Positions 1-9,200 of a stretch of 20,000 bases of DNA are shown here, piece after piece. The notes beneath the pieces were generated by a model. It was not told the origin of the DNA. It saw only the letters and a list, made by a program, of their open reading frames with translations, and made no database searches. Each line of letters opens with the position of its first letter. Within the stretch, counting starts at the first letter, position 1. The stretch lies in the NCBI RefSeq assembly GCF_002087085.1, contig NZ_MWQY01000013.1, positions 118,262-138,261 of the forward strand, read 5' to 3'. The translations under genes and the position numbers were made by a program.

Positions 1-573
1 TATCCTGAAGGTCCGAAGCTTCCTCCCGGGGCAAGCTGGAGGGGACAGAAAATTAATGTCTATTTCTGGCGGGCAGAGGATGCCGGGTATGTTTTTGAAA
101 CAAAGGTGCTGGAAGACTTTATCGAACAGAAGTACCCGATTCTCCATGTCGCCCACTCGGACAATCTGATCCGCAGTCAGAAGAGGCGCTCGGTGCGGGT
201 GGAGGTCCGGAAACCGGCCTTTCTCTATCCCCTGTCGTCGATCTCCCAGGCCAACGAAAACGAAGAGCAGACCAGCGGTCTGCGCTGCCGGCTGATAGAT
301 GTTTCAGAAGACGGAGCCGCAGCCCTGGTCGGCGGACGCGCAAAGGTCGGACTTGCTGTGAAGCTGCAGTTCAAGCTGACCAGTACCACCATTGTCATGT
401 GCGGCGTCGTAAAGGGTGTTACCTATAATCAGAAAAAAAACCAGTCTGTGCTGCATATCCAGGCGGTACCCTTGAGTCTGCGTCAGCGGAACAGAATGCT
501 CTCCTATGTCTATAACATCTTTCAGGAACGGGAGCCCAAGGCCCGGCCGAGAACGGTACCGGCGTATGGCTGA
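1..573 (+). CDS. PilZ domain-containing c-di-GMP-binding protein (YcgR/flagellar-brake-like), 5'-truncated by the window edge
   Basis: Frame is open from base 1 (YPEGPKLPPG...) to TGA at 573. It carries the PilZ motifs RxxxR (QKRRSVR) and DxSxxG (IDVSEDG). Confidence 0.85.
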   Translation, partial: YPEGPKLPPGASWRGQKINVYFWRAEDAGYVFETKVLEDFIEQKYPILHVAHSDNLIRSQKRRSVRVEVRKPAFLYPLSSISQANENEEQTSGLRCRLIDVSEDGAAALVGGRAKVGLAVKLQFKLTSTTIVMCGVVKGVTYNQKKNQSVLHIQAVPLSLRQRNRMLSYVYNIFQEREPKARPRTVPAYG

Positions 574-587
574 AAAGAGAGGAGCGG

Positions 588-1796
588 ATGAAGAATAAAC
601 TGTACCTGCGTCTTTTTTTCGCCCTTGGAATCCTGCTCTGGGCGGGGATGTTTCTGTGCGCCCAGGAAGCTGAAGAAGATCCTCTGGTGGGCGCATTCCG
701 GGAGAATTTTTCCCGGGCCAATGATGAGACAAAACTGGATATCCTGCGGGATTCCGTCAATTACGGCTCCGATCAGATGGGCCCGCTCTATCGCCAGGCC
801 CTGGAATACGTGGTGAATAATTCTGACAATCTTGTCCAGAACGTCCGGCTGCAGCAACTGGCCCTGGTCTCCGCTCAGCTTGCCGGACTGTCCGGCTATA
901 AGCCCGCCGCTGTGCCCCTGTGGGAACTCTTCGAGGTCTACAGCGAAACCGGGGTTCGGATTGCGGTTCTCGACGCATTGAAAGCGCAGAAGCTCGGCAG
1001 TGAACAGATCTTCCTGTCCCTGAACCGCTGGATTGAACGGCAGATCTCGGTATTCCGCGCCGGCGGAGGAATCAATACCCAGGTTGTCTCGGAGGCTGTA
1101 CTCACCCTTTCGGGATATAGAGATCCGCGAAGTTTTCCCCAGCTGCTCTCCTTGACGGTCCTTGGCCTCTCCCAGGAAATCAGCTCCCGTGCCCAGGCGG
1201 GACTTAATTCTCTGGAGGGAGATTACGCCCGGATGGCCCGGGAGGTCATTGAGGGCTATCCCCCGGAAGAAAAACTCGTGGCCCTCCGGACCGCTGTAAA
1301 TCGGGATGATCTGACGGCGGAGCAGCGTGCATCGGTCTGTATGGCCGCCCTTGAAGTGGGCAATAATCTGGCCGTATCCGATCCAGCCAATGCCGGCACC
1401 ATCAGGGAACTCAGGGGCCTCGCTGTCAGGGTATTACGGGAACTCCGCTGGGCAGAGGCCAGCGGCCTGATCATTCAGCATTTTGATCTCTGCATTCAGG
1501 AACTGGATCGCGGTATCGGATCAAAATCAGCACTTCTGGAAGCCATTGCCGCCCTGGGTGCCATGGGTACCCGTGAAGCAGCAGTGCGTCTCGCCTTGTA
1601 TTTAGATGTTATAAACTCCTTCGTGGAAAACAATCAGGGATACGACGAACAGATAACCCTGGCTGTGGTCCGCAATCTCGGGGAGTTGAAGTCAAAGGCG
1701 GGACTCAATGCACTGCTCTATCTGGGATACCTGGATTACTCAAAAACAATTCGGGACGCGGGGGAAGAAGCCCGCCTCGCGATTCTCGGTCAGTAA
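588..1796 (+). CDS. Exported HEAT/armadillo-like repeat protein, 402 aa
   Basis: AGGAG RBS at 580-584; signal peptide (MKNKLYLRLFFALGILLWAGMFLCA-Q); HEAT-like helical pairs (AIAALGAMG, AVVRNLGEL). Confidence 0.75.
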   Translation: MKNKLYLRLFFALGILLWAGMFLCAQEAEEDPLVGAFRENFSRANDETKLDILRDSVNYGSDQMGPLYRQALEYVVNNSDNLVQNVRLQQLALVSAQLAGLSGYKPAAVPLWELFEVYSETGVRIAVLDALKAQKLGSEQIFLSLNRWIERQISVFRAGGGINTQVVSEAVLTLSGYRDPRSFPQLLSLTVLGLSQEISSRAQAGLNSLEGDYARMAREVIEGYPPEEKLVALRTAVNRDDLTAEQRASVCMAALEVGNNLAVSDPANAGTIRELRGLAVRVLRELRWAEASGLIIQHFDLCIQELDRGIGSKSALLEAIAALGAMGTREAAVRLALYLDVINSFVENNQGYDEQITLAVVRNLGELKSKAGLNALLYLGYLDYSKTIRDAGEEARLAILGQ

Positions 1797-3219
1797 TCGC
1801 CGCTGTACAGCAGATCTTTTCGCCCTCTTCTGGCTTCTGCTGGCAGCAACTTCAATCTGCACAATTCTTTCCGGTCCCCTCGCGGGGTTCTGGTCTGCCC
1901 TGTTTCTGGCCGCCCTGGGGGTCACACTCCGGAGCCGGAATATGGTTTTTTATTCTTGTCTCATCCTGATTCTCTCGTTCTTTATCTCCTTTCAGGCAGA
2001 AAAGCGGCAGCTATGGATCGGACTTGAAGGTCCGGAGTTTCTGGAGGTCAGAAGCCTTCGAGATTCACGTCCCGCAGGAGAGGGGTCGCTCCACTTTTTC
2101 GAACTGATTCGTGTCTACGATCGCCGGGGAAACAGGGCCGAAGCCCGGGGGGAGTTTCTCGGATGGAGCCGTGACAGGCTGGATCTTCCCTGGGGGGCGG
2201 AACTCCTGGTACGCAGCTCCGGAATACCGGGCAGGGAGGCCTTCGGCGGACTTGTCACTGTTGAGCCGCAGGATACTGCCGCAGGGGTTTCGGAAGCTTT
2301 CAGACTGCGAAATTCCTGGAGGCAGGGACTGCTCTATCGCCTTGACAGACTTCCGCCTCAGGCCTCGGTATTGATGGAGGCCCTCCTGTTCGGTTCAAAA
2401 CAGCGGCTTCTGTCTCCCCTGGAGGAGGGCTTTCGTGCCATCGGCTGCAGTCATCTCCTGGCGCTCTCGGGGATGCACCTGGCCGTTATCATGGCAGTCG
2501 GGGCAGGACTGTTCGGCCTCATCCTGAGGAAACCGGTGGCCCGCTTTCTCGTTCTGCTAATTCTTCCCTGGTATCTCTTTCTGGTCGGTCCATCTCCGGC
2601 TCTTCTGAGGGCTGGGATAATGTTCAGCTGTACCGTTCTGATTCCCCGGTCCACCCGCAGAATCCGTACCCGGGAGCTGCTGCTGCAGAGCTTTGTGTTT
2701 CTTCTTCTTATAAAGCCGGATTATCTTTTTGACCGGGGTTTTCAGTACTCCTATGCAGCCCTTGCGGGTATGATAAGCCTTACGCCGCTGGTTCTGAAAT
2801 TCGCCGCCCGCATTCTGCCCTATTCCATAGCTGCCGGTTTTTCCACCGGTGTATCTGCCTACCTGGGATCATTGCCGGTCTCGTTGCTGGCTTATGGTAC
2901 AACAAACCCCGCTGGGATTATCGCAACCCTGATTCTTTCGCCCCTCATCTGGCTCTATCTTGCCGGAGGAATCCTCTTTTTTCTGCTTCCCGGTTCCGAC
3001 ATGGTATACCAGGGGGGGAGGTTATTTTTCTGGCTGCTCTACAGTGGGATACGGGGAATCGTTGAACTCTTCTCACGTGCTTCTCCCTTTACTCTGTTGC
3101 CGGTCCCGGCCGCTGTTCTGGCACTGGGAGCAGGACTTGTCATTACGGTGCAATTGATCTATTCCTGCCTCCGCTTTACAATGCCCGAACCTGACGGTCG
3201 GGAGGCATGGAGTGAGTGA
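1708..3219 (+). CDS. comEC: ComEC/Rec2 family competence membrane protein (Competence domain, no C-terminal metallo-beta-lactamase domain); start uncertain (1708 or 1942)
   Basis: HLLALSGMHL motif, PALLRAGIM and DRGFQYSY, many transmembrane segments. ATG 1708 overlaps the upstream gene by 89 nt; in-frame ATG 1942 has GGAG upstream. Confidence 0.85.
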   Translation: MHCSIWDTWITQKQFGTRGKKPASRFSVSNRRCTADLFALFWLLLAATSICTILSGPLAGFWSALFLAALGVTLRSRNMVFYSCLILILSFFISFQAEKRQLWIGLEGPEFLEVRSLRDSRPAGEGSLHFFELIRVYDRRGNRAEARGEFLGWSRDRLDLPWGAELLVRSSGIPGREAFGGLVTVEPQDTAAGVSEAFRLRNSWRQGLLYRLDRLPPQASVLMEALLFGSKQRLLSPLEEGFRAIGCSHLLALSGMHLAVIMAVGAGLFGLILRKPVARFLVLLILPWYLFLVGPSPALLRAGIMFSCTVLIPRSTRRIRTRELLLQSFVFLLLIKPDYLFDRGFQYSYAALAGMISLTPLVLKFAARILPYSIAAGFSTGVSAYLGSLPVSLLAYGTTNPAGIIATLILSPLIWLYLAGGILFFLLPGSDMVYQGGRLFFWLLYSGIRGIVELFSRASPFTLLPVPAAVLALGAGLVITVQLIYSCLRFTMPEPDGREAWSE

Positions 3220-4084
3220 CCTGAATCTATGGGACTCGAAACAGAAGATCCGCGCCCTTTTGGAGGAGAAGGGGATACAACTGAAAAAACGGTTCGGACA
3301 GAATTTTCTTCTGGATCCCAATCATCGTCGACGGATACTCTCCGCTCTGGAGCTCCCGGCGGGAGCAAAGGTGTGGGAGATCGGACCCGGTATCGGTTCT
3401 CTGACCCACGGACTCCTCGAAATGACCGGAGATCTGACGGTTTTTGAGATCGACCACGGTCTGATCCGGATACTGAAGGATCTGTTCGGTTCTTCCATCA
3501 GCATTGTGGAAGGAGATTTCCTCAGGACCTTTCGGGATACCGCCAGGAATTCTTCCCTTCCCCGGCGGATCATCGGTAATCTTCCCTATTCTTCCGGATC
3601 TGTAATGATAGGATCCCTGGTGGAAGAGGATCTTCTTCCGGATGTAGCGGTCTTTACCCTTCAGAAGGAGGTGGCCGACCGGATGCTTGCTCAGCCGGGA
3701 GGAAAGGACTACTCCGCATTCAGTCTTGTCTGTCAGCTCAGGAACAGAGTGGAAAAGATCTGTGATGTGGGAGGGGCTGCTTTTTTTCCTCCTCCCCAGG
3801 TCGTATCCAGTGTTGTACGTCTCCGGCGGCGTCCGGATGCACCTGAAGGACCCCAGCAGGATTATTTTACCGCCGTCCACGATCTGTTCCGTTCCCGCCG
3901 CAAGACTGCCGCCAATAATCTGAAAGGCGGAGGCCTCAAAAGCCGGTATTCCTGGGAAAGCATGAAAAATGCTGCAGAGCTGTCCGGGCTTGATCTGGGA
4001 AGACGGGGGGAGACCTTTTCCAGGGATGAAGTACTCAGCTTCACCAGGGCTCTTTCGGATTTCCAAAGCCCGGAGGCAAGCTGA
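3212..4084 (+). CDS. rsmA: 16S rRNA m6,6A dimethyltransferase RsmA/KsgA
   Basis: KKRFGQNFL, EIGPGIGSLT, GNLPY, QKEVADR and FFPPPQVVS motifs; GTG start with GGAGG RBS, overlapping the comEC stop. Confidence 0.97.
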   Translation: MSDLNLWDSKQKIRALLEEKGIQLKKRFGQNFLLDPNHRRRILSALELPAGAKVWEIGPGIGSLTHGLLEMTGDLTVFEIDHGLIRILKDLFGSSISIVEGDFLRTFRDTARNSSLPRRIIGNLPYSSGSVMIGSLVEEDLLPDVAVFTLQKEVADRMLAQPGGKDYSAFSLVCQLRNRVEKICDVGGAAFFPPPQVVSSVVRLRRRPDAPEGPQQDYFTAVHDLFRSRRKTAANNLKGGGLKSRYSWESMKNAAELSGLDLGRRGETFSRDEVLSFTRALSDFQSPEAS

Positions 4085-4204
4085 GTCCCTCCGCTTTTCC
4101 ATTAAAAGGGCGGCTCTGAAAATGTGCTTATTCCCATATCCTGCGCCGTCAGGATTTCCCGCGGTTCCTTGTACGGAAATACACTGTTTTATAAGGACCT
4201 TTCA

Positions 4205-4233
4205 TTGATTTTTCAGCCTTCCTCCTCTATACT
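4205..4233 (+). promoter_or_regulatory. Putative sigma70 promoter for the YD-lipoprotein/HEAT operon
   Basis: TTGATT (4205-4210), 17 nt spacer, TATACT (4228-4233); AGGAG RBS at 4256-4260. Confidence 0.6.
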
Positions 4234-4266
4234 CGACCCAGCAAAAACAGAAAGCAGGAGAAGGGA

Positions 4267-5130
4267 ATGAAATCCAGGCTTCCTATCTATTTCTTATATT
4301 CCGTTATAATTGGTCTGATGCTCTTTGCTTGTGCCTCAACCGAAAGTGTCACTGAAGAACCTGCCGCAGCGGAGCCCCTCGAGCGTGAAGAACCGAAGGT
4401 GGAGGTGGTTTCGATTCCGGTGCTGCAGAGTGAAATCGTCTATATGGGCGAAGATGTTCTGGAATCTGAAAAGTCCTACACCTACGAAGGGGAACGACTT
4501 GTGTCTGTACAGGTCATGAACTCCTTTGGTGAAAAGATCGAAGAGATCCGCTACGAGTACGCCGGCGGGGATCAACCTGAAAAACGTTTCGTATACGGTT
4601 CCGACGGGAAGCTTTCCTCCATGCGGATATATTCCTACGACAGCCGGGGAAAGCTGGTTCGGGAAGAGTTGTATAATCGGAACGAACAGCTGCAGACTAT
4701 CTCCGAGTACGAATACAACCAGGAAGGTGATCGCCTTCGCTGGAGCGTAAAGGATGGCGGAGGTTCTCTGATGGCGTATACCGAATACCGGTATGAGGCG
4801 GGCAACAATACCCGGATCGACACCTTCTCTGCGGACGGGGTCCTGCGGGACTATTTTGTACGCAGCTTTGAAGGGAACAAGTTGAAGCTGGAGGAGAAAT
4901 TTGACGACAAGGGTGCCCCCGCCGGCAGGGTGGAGTATGATTATTCCGCCGGACGTCTGGAAAGGAAGGATGTTTTTCGGCCCAACGGTTCTTTGGAACG
5001 GAGTGTGGAGTACGAGTATGACGACAAGGGAAGCGTAGTCAGGGAAACCTATCTCCGTGCCGATGACACGGTGGAACAGCTTATCGTCCGCAGTTTCAGC
5101 TATCGTGAAGAAGAACGCCCGATTGAATAG
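4267..5130 (+). CDS. Lipoprotein with YD/RHS-like (YxYDxxG) beta-hairpin repeats, 287 aa
   Basis: Lipobox LFA-C after a hydrophobic stretch; about 9 repeats of 23-24 aa (YSYDSRGKLV, YEYNQEGDRL, YEYDDKGSVV). Confidence 0.8.
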   Translation: MKSRLPIYFLYSVIIGLMLFACASTESVTEEPAAAEPLEREEPKVEVVSIPVLQSEIVYMGEDVLESEKSYTYEGERLVSVQVMNSFGEKIEEIRYEYAGGDQPEKRFVYGSDGKLSSMRIYSYDSRGKLVREELYNRNEQLQTISEYEYNQEGDRLRWSVKDGGGSLMAYTEYRYEAGNNTRIDTFSADGVLRDYFVRSFEGNKLKLEEKFDDKGAPAGRVEYDYSAGRLERKDVFRPNGSLERSVEYEYDDKGSVVRETYLRADDTVEQLIVRSFSYREEERPIE

Positions 5131-5178
5131 TATGCGTTATAGAGTGTGTAGAAGAGATAGTCGAGGAGAAAGATTACA

Positions 5179-6354
5179 ATGTTGTTGGTAAGAAGAAACC
5201 TGCTCGTTTTAGCCCTTGTTCTGTTTTCCCCAATTCTGTTTGCCAATGAGGTTACCGCCGTCTGGACGCGCCTTTACGGTACCGCCGCGACTACTGAGCA
5301 GAAACTGGCTATCATGACAAATATAGTGGAACAGCACAGTCGCGAAATGATCCCCGTTCTTCAGGACGCCCTGGAACAGGAAGTGAACAACCTTGAGAAT
5401 ATCTCAGGTTCCACCCAGCGTGATCGGGTATACAGCCTCATGCGTATGATCGTGGATGAACTTGGGGACCTGAAGGCCACAGCCTCAGCCGATGTCCTGT
5501 CCGCGGTTTCCGAGGAGGTTTCCGACCCCTTTCTTCAGGCCGCCGCCATCAGGGCCCTTGGAAAGATCGGCGCTACAGGGAACGCCCAGGAGATCGCGTT
5601 CCGGCTCCGTAATATAAATCTCGGAATAACGGAATTCACCGCCAGGGAAGAGGTGGAAACCATTGTTTCCGCCTGCGTGGAAACAATGGAGCTTCTGCGC
5701 CGCCCCGTGGGCTTCAGTCCCGTCTTTTTCACCGCCATCGGCAGGTATAGCGCCCCGGTAATCCAGCGGGCTGAACGGGCCATGGTCAACATGATCGATG
5801 ACCCCACGGACCTGCTGCTTGAGATTCTGACCTATGAGAGCGACTTTGCCATCAAGTACCAGGTGCTTCTTGTGGGCGACCGATCGAAAGCCCCGGAGGA
5901 ACGCAAGGCTTTTCTGGCCAAGGAGGCCCTTGACCAGGGACTCAAGTTCGAGACCTCCGATCGCCGGCAGCAGATTTCGTTAAGTAACCTGAGAACCAAG
6001 GCCGCCAACATGCTGAAACAGTATGCCGGTGCTGATGATGAGGCCTTTATTCTTCTTGATCAGATGGTGAGGAAAAGCTTCTCCATGACCGAGTCTCTTA
6101 CCGCTCTGGAAGCCCTCGGGGCCTCCGGGAGCGATGCCGCAGCGAGACTCCTGGCTGCCTATCTCGGCGAACTGAATTCACGGCGAAAAGAGGGATACAC
6201 CTTCAGTAATGAAAATATTGTTCGTGCTACCATAAACGCCCTGGGCAATATCGGCAGCCCCATCGGGCGCCCAGCGCTTATCGAGGTGGAGTTTTCCAAC
6301 TGGTCCGGTGATACCCGCCGGCTCGCCCGCAGTGCTCTGGATAAACTGAAATAG
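5179..6354 (+). CDS. Exported HEAT-repeat protein, 391 aa, paralog of 588..1796
   Basis: GAGGAG RBS; signal peptide ending LFA-NE; HEAT-like motifs AAIRALGKIG, ALEALGASG and TINALGNIG. Confidence 0.8.
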   Translation: MLLVRRNLLVLALVLFSPILFANEVTAVWTRLYGTAATTEQKLAIMTNIVEQHSREMIPVLQDALEQEVNNLENISGSTQRDRVYSLMRMIVDELGDLKATASADVLSAVSEEVSDPFLQAAAIRALGKIGATGNAQEIAFRLRNINLGITEFTAREEVETIVSACVETMELLRRPVGFSPVFFTAIGRYSAPVIQRAERAMVNMIDDPTDLLLEILTYESDFAIKYQVLLVGDRSKAPEERKAFLAKEALDQGLKFETSDRRQQISLSNLRTKAANMLKQYAGADDEAFILLDQMVRKSFSMTESLTALEALGASGSDAAARLLAAYLGELNSRRKEGYTFSNENIVRATINALGNIGSPIGRPALIEVEFSNWSGDTRRLARSALDKLK

Positions 6355-6371
6355 AAAACCTTCAGAAAACG

Positions 6372-6412
6372 AAAAAGCGGAGTCTCCATGATCGGAGAAC
6401 TCCGCTTTTTTT
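6372..6412. terminator. Bidirectional intrinsic terminator between the convergent HEAT gene and dapA
   Basis: AAAAAGCGGAGTCTCC-atgatc-GGAGAACTCCGCTTTTTTT: long stem with one bulged A, flanked by an A tract and a T tract. Confidence 0.9.
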
Positions 6413-6429
6413 ATTCCACAGCAAATGGA

Positions 6430-7305
6430 CTATAATCCGAGCTTTTTCATTGCCTTTTCCACAACCTTCCTGCTTTCCGGTTTCAGCGGGACAAGGGGCA
6501 GACGGTAGGATTCCCGCATTTTTCCCTGAACTGCCAGGGCGTATTTAACCGGAACCGGGTTGGTTTCGACGAAGAGGGCTCCGAAGAAGTCCAGCAGAGC
6601 GTAATGCTCATTCCTGGCCTCGGCCATATCTCCGGCAAGCCCTTTGGCAATCATCCTGGAAAGCCTGTCGGGGATAACATTACTTGCGACAGAAACCACT
6701 CCCTGCCCTCCAAGAGCTACAAAGGGGAAGGCCCAGGCATCATCTCCGGAAAGCACCGAGAAGTCCTCAGGGGATTCCGAGATAATCCTCATTATCTGAG
6801 CCAGGGAGCCGGAGGCTTCCTTGATGCCTGCAATGTTGGGATGTTTTGCAAGCCGCAGGATTGTCTCCGCCTCCACGTTCTGCGCACAGCGGCCGGGAAT
6901 GTTGTAGAGGATGTGGGGAACCTCAACGGCATCGGCCACTGCGGAAAAGTGGGCATAGAAGCCTTCCTGCCCCGGTTTGTTGTAGTAGGGGGCTACCTGC
7001 AGCGTGGCATCGGCCCCCAGCTCTACTGCCCGCCGGGACATGTCGATCGCTTCCTGGGTGGCGTTGGAACCTGTACCGGCGATTACCGGGACCCGCTTCT
7101 TTGCCTGGTCCACAACGACGCCGATGGCGTGAACGTGTTCCTCGTGGCTCAAGGTAGCGCTCTCCCCGGTTGTTCCCATGGGTACGAGTCCAGCTACACC
7201 TCCGGCGATCTGGGCTTCCACGTGGTCGCGCAGGGCAGCTTCGTCCAGGCTGCCGTCGCTGTTAAAAGGCGTCACGAGAGCCGTAAAGACTCCTTCAAAT
7301 TTCAT
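6430..7305 (-). CDS. dapA: 4-hydroxy-tetrahydrodipicolinate synthase
   Basis: GTTGES, YNIPGR, GIKEASG (Schiff-base Lys) and ETNPVPVK motifs; GGAGGA RBS. Confidence 0.97.
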   Translation of the reverse strand: MKFEGVFTALVTPFNSDGSLDEAALRDHVEAQIAGGVAGLVPMGTTGESATLSHEEHVHAIGVVVDQAKKRVPVIAGTGSNATQEAIDMSRRAVELGADATLQVAPYYNKPGQEGFYAHFSAVADAVEVPHILYNIPGRCAQNVEAETILRLAKHPNIAGIKEASGSLAQIMRIISESPEDFSVLSGDDAWAFPFVALGGQGVVSVASNVIPDRLSRMIAKGLAGDMAEARNEHYALLDFFGALFVETNPVPVKYALAVQGKMRESYRLPLVPLKPESRKVVEKAMKKLGL

Positions 7306-7317
7306 CTTGGTCCTCCC

Positions 7318-8064
7318 TTAGCTGGGTAAAATATCGCGGATAAAATCATCCACCGAAAAGAAGCCGGTTTTCCCCGAGAGCCACTCGACTCCCCGGACGG
7401 CCCCCAGGGCAAAGCCCTTTCGGTTCCGCGCGGTATGGATTATTTCTATACTGTCGGCCTCGGAATCCAGGGTAACCTGGTGTATCCCCGGAATGGCTCC
7501 TCCCCGTACCGAACCTACATGAAGCTCGTCATCCCGGATTGCCCGGTTCAGGGTCTCTGTCTGGATGCTCTTTTTGCGGTCCAGGTTCTGCAGAATCTTT
7601 TCGGCAATCGTCAGAGCGGTCCCTGAAGGAGAGTCTTTTTTTCTTTTGTGGTGATACTCATTCACCATGATGTCGTACTCTTCGATACCGTTTATCAGGG
7701 CGGCGGCCCGGCTCACAAGGTCAAAAAAGAGGTTTGCCCCCAGGGAGAAGTTGTTTCCCCACAGCAGGGCCGACCCGTACTGTCGGACTATCTCAGCAGC
7801 CTGGGGACGGAGTTTGTCCCATCCGGTGGTTCCGATAACCACCGGTACAGAGGCCTCGCTGTAAACGCGGATGTTGTCGAGAATCCCCCCGGGAAGGGCG
7901 AATTCTATAACACCTTCGGCTTCTTTAAGGATTTCCGTACTGAGTTCCCGGGCATCCCCGTTACCCGCCGGATCCACCCGGCAGATAACTTCGTGTCCTC
8001 TTCCCAGAAGTACGGCCTCAATCTCATGCCCCATGGATCCGTATCCGACGATGACTGTCTTCAT
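7318..8064 (-). CDS. dapB: 4-hydroxy-tetrahydrodipicolinate reductase
   Basis: GYGSMG nucleotide-binding motif, VIGTTG, EYHHKRKKDSPSGTA and FALGAVR; adjacent to dapA. Confidence 0.96.
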   Translation of the reverse strand: MKTVIVGYGSMGHEIEAVLLGRGHEVICRVDPAGNGDARELSTEILKEAEGVIEFALPGGILDNIRVYSEASVPVVIGTTGWDKLRPQAAEIVRQYGSALLWGNNFSLGANLFFDLVSRAAALINGIEEYDIMVNEYHHKRKKDSPSGTALTIAEKILQNLDRKKSIQTETLNRAIRDDELHVGSVRGGAIPGIHQVTLDSEADSIEIIHTARNRKGFALGAVRGVEWLSGKTGFFSVDDFIRDILPS

Positions 8065-8068
8065 GGAC

Positions 8069-9064
8069 CTATTTTACCTGGGCGAGGGTTATTGCTGAGG
8101 TTACGACGATATCGTCGACACTGCAGCCCCGGGAGAGATCGCTCACGGGTTTGGCGAAACCCTGAAGGATCGGTCCGTAGGCCTCCGCTCCGGCAAGGCG
8201 TTCCACCAGCTTGTAGCCGATGTTTCCGGCCTGCAGGTCGGGAAAAACGAGTACGTTCGCCTTTCCCGCCACCGGGGAACCCGGGGCCTTCTTGCTGCCC
8301 ACTGCAGGGATCAGGGCGGCGTCGGCCTGGAGTTCGCCGTCAATCTTGAGCTCCGGTTTGCGTTCCTTTACAATATTGTAAGCTTGGATAACCTTATCCA
8401 CGTTGGGATGGGAAGCCGATCCCTTGGTGGAGAAGGAGAGCAGGGCAACCTGGGGTTCGGCTTCAAGAAAGGTTTTGCAGGATTCAGCGCCGGCGATGGC
8501 AATCTCCGCGAGCTGTTCCGCCGTGGGGTCGGGTATGGTGGCGCAGTCCGCGAAGATCATGTTACCGTCGGCACCCCATTTGCTGTCCGGATGACTCATG
8601 ACAAAACAGGAAGAGGCGTAGTTTACTCCGGGAGCGGTCTTGATGATGGTGAATGCAGCCACAAGGACCTTGCCTGTGGCGTTTTCGGCTCCCGCGACCA
8701 TGGCGTCGGCGTCGGAAATCCGTACCATCATGGATCCCCAGCGCAGAGGGTCCTGGATTCCTTCCCGTGCTTCGTCCTCAGTGAGTCCCTTGTGCTTGCG
8801 AAGTTCATAGTACTCCTTGGCATAGGCCTCAAGCCGTTCGGATTTGGCAGGATTCACGAGTTTTATTCCCGAAAGGTCCGTTCCCAATTCCGCTGCCGCG
8901 GATTTGATATCATCTGTCTTGCCGATAAGGAAAACCTCGCTGGCAATCTTCTCGTCCAGGATTATCCTGGCAGCCTGAATCGTCCTCGGCTCGGTTCCCT
9001 CCGCCAGCACCAGCCGGGCCCCTTTGTCCTTTGCCTTCCGGCGCATTTTGTCTGCGAAACTCAT
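8069..9064 (-). CDS. pta: Phosphate acetyltransferase (short PTA_PTB type), 331 aa
   Basis: [30 protein letters not shown] and DLSRGCS motifs. Start moved from 9157 to ATG 9064, which has an AAGGAG RBS. Confidence 0.95.
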   Translation of the reverse strand: MSFADKMRRKAKDKGARLVLAEGTEPRTIQAARIILDEKIASEVFLIGKTDDIKSAAAELGTDLSGIKLVNPAKSERLEAYAKEYYELRKHKGLTEDEAREGIQDPLRWGSMMVRISDADAMVAGAENATGKVLVAAFTIIKTAPGVNYASSCFVMSHPDSKWGADGNMIFADCATIPDPTAEQLAEIAIAGAESCKTFLEAEPQVALLSFSTKGSASHPNVDKVIQAYNIVKERKPELKIDGELQADAALIPAVGSKKAPGSPVAGKANVLVFPDLQAGNIGYKLVERLAGAEAYGPILQGFAKPVSDLSRGCSVDDIVVTSAITLAQVK

Positions 9065-9200
9065 TCTCTTTAATCTCCTTTCGTTACAATAACCGTTCCG
9101 GTTCTGCTTATAATTATTACGTGCTTGAATACACAGGCCAGAGCACCTGCTCTTCAATCTTATCAGAAAGAGAAGGGGCTTTCAAAGGGTGCAGGACCGA

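Noticed and set aside
3227..4102. 291-aa antisense ORF over rsmA
   Set aside because: Fully antisense to a clear housekeeping gene, with no motifs; a typical shadow ORF in GC-rich coding DNA.
4267..5130. RHS toxin / immunity interpretation
   Set aside because: Too few repeats, no RHS core or DPxG motif, no toxin domain, and it is a lipoprotein.
6604..9073. Plus-strand ORFs of 229-241 aa opposite dapA, dapB and pta
   Set aside because: Antisense shadows with atypical composition and no recognisable domains.
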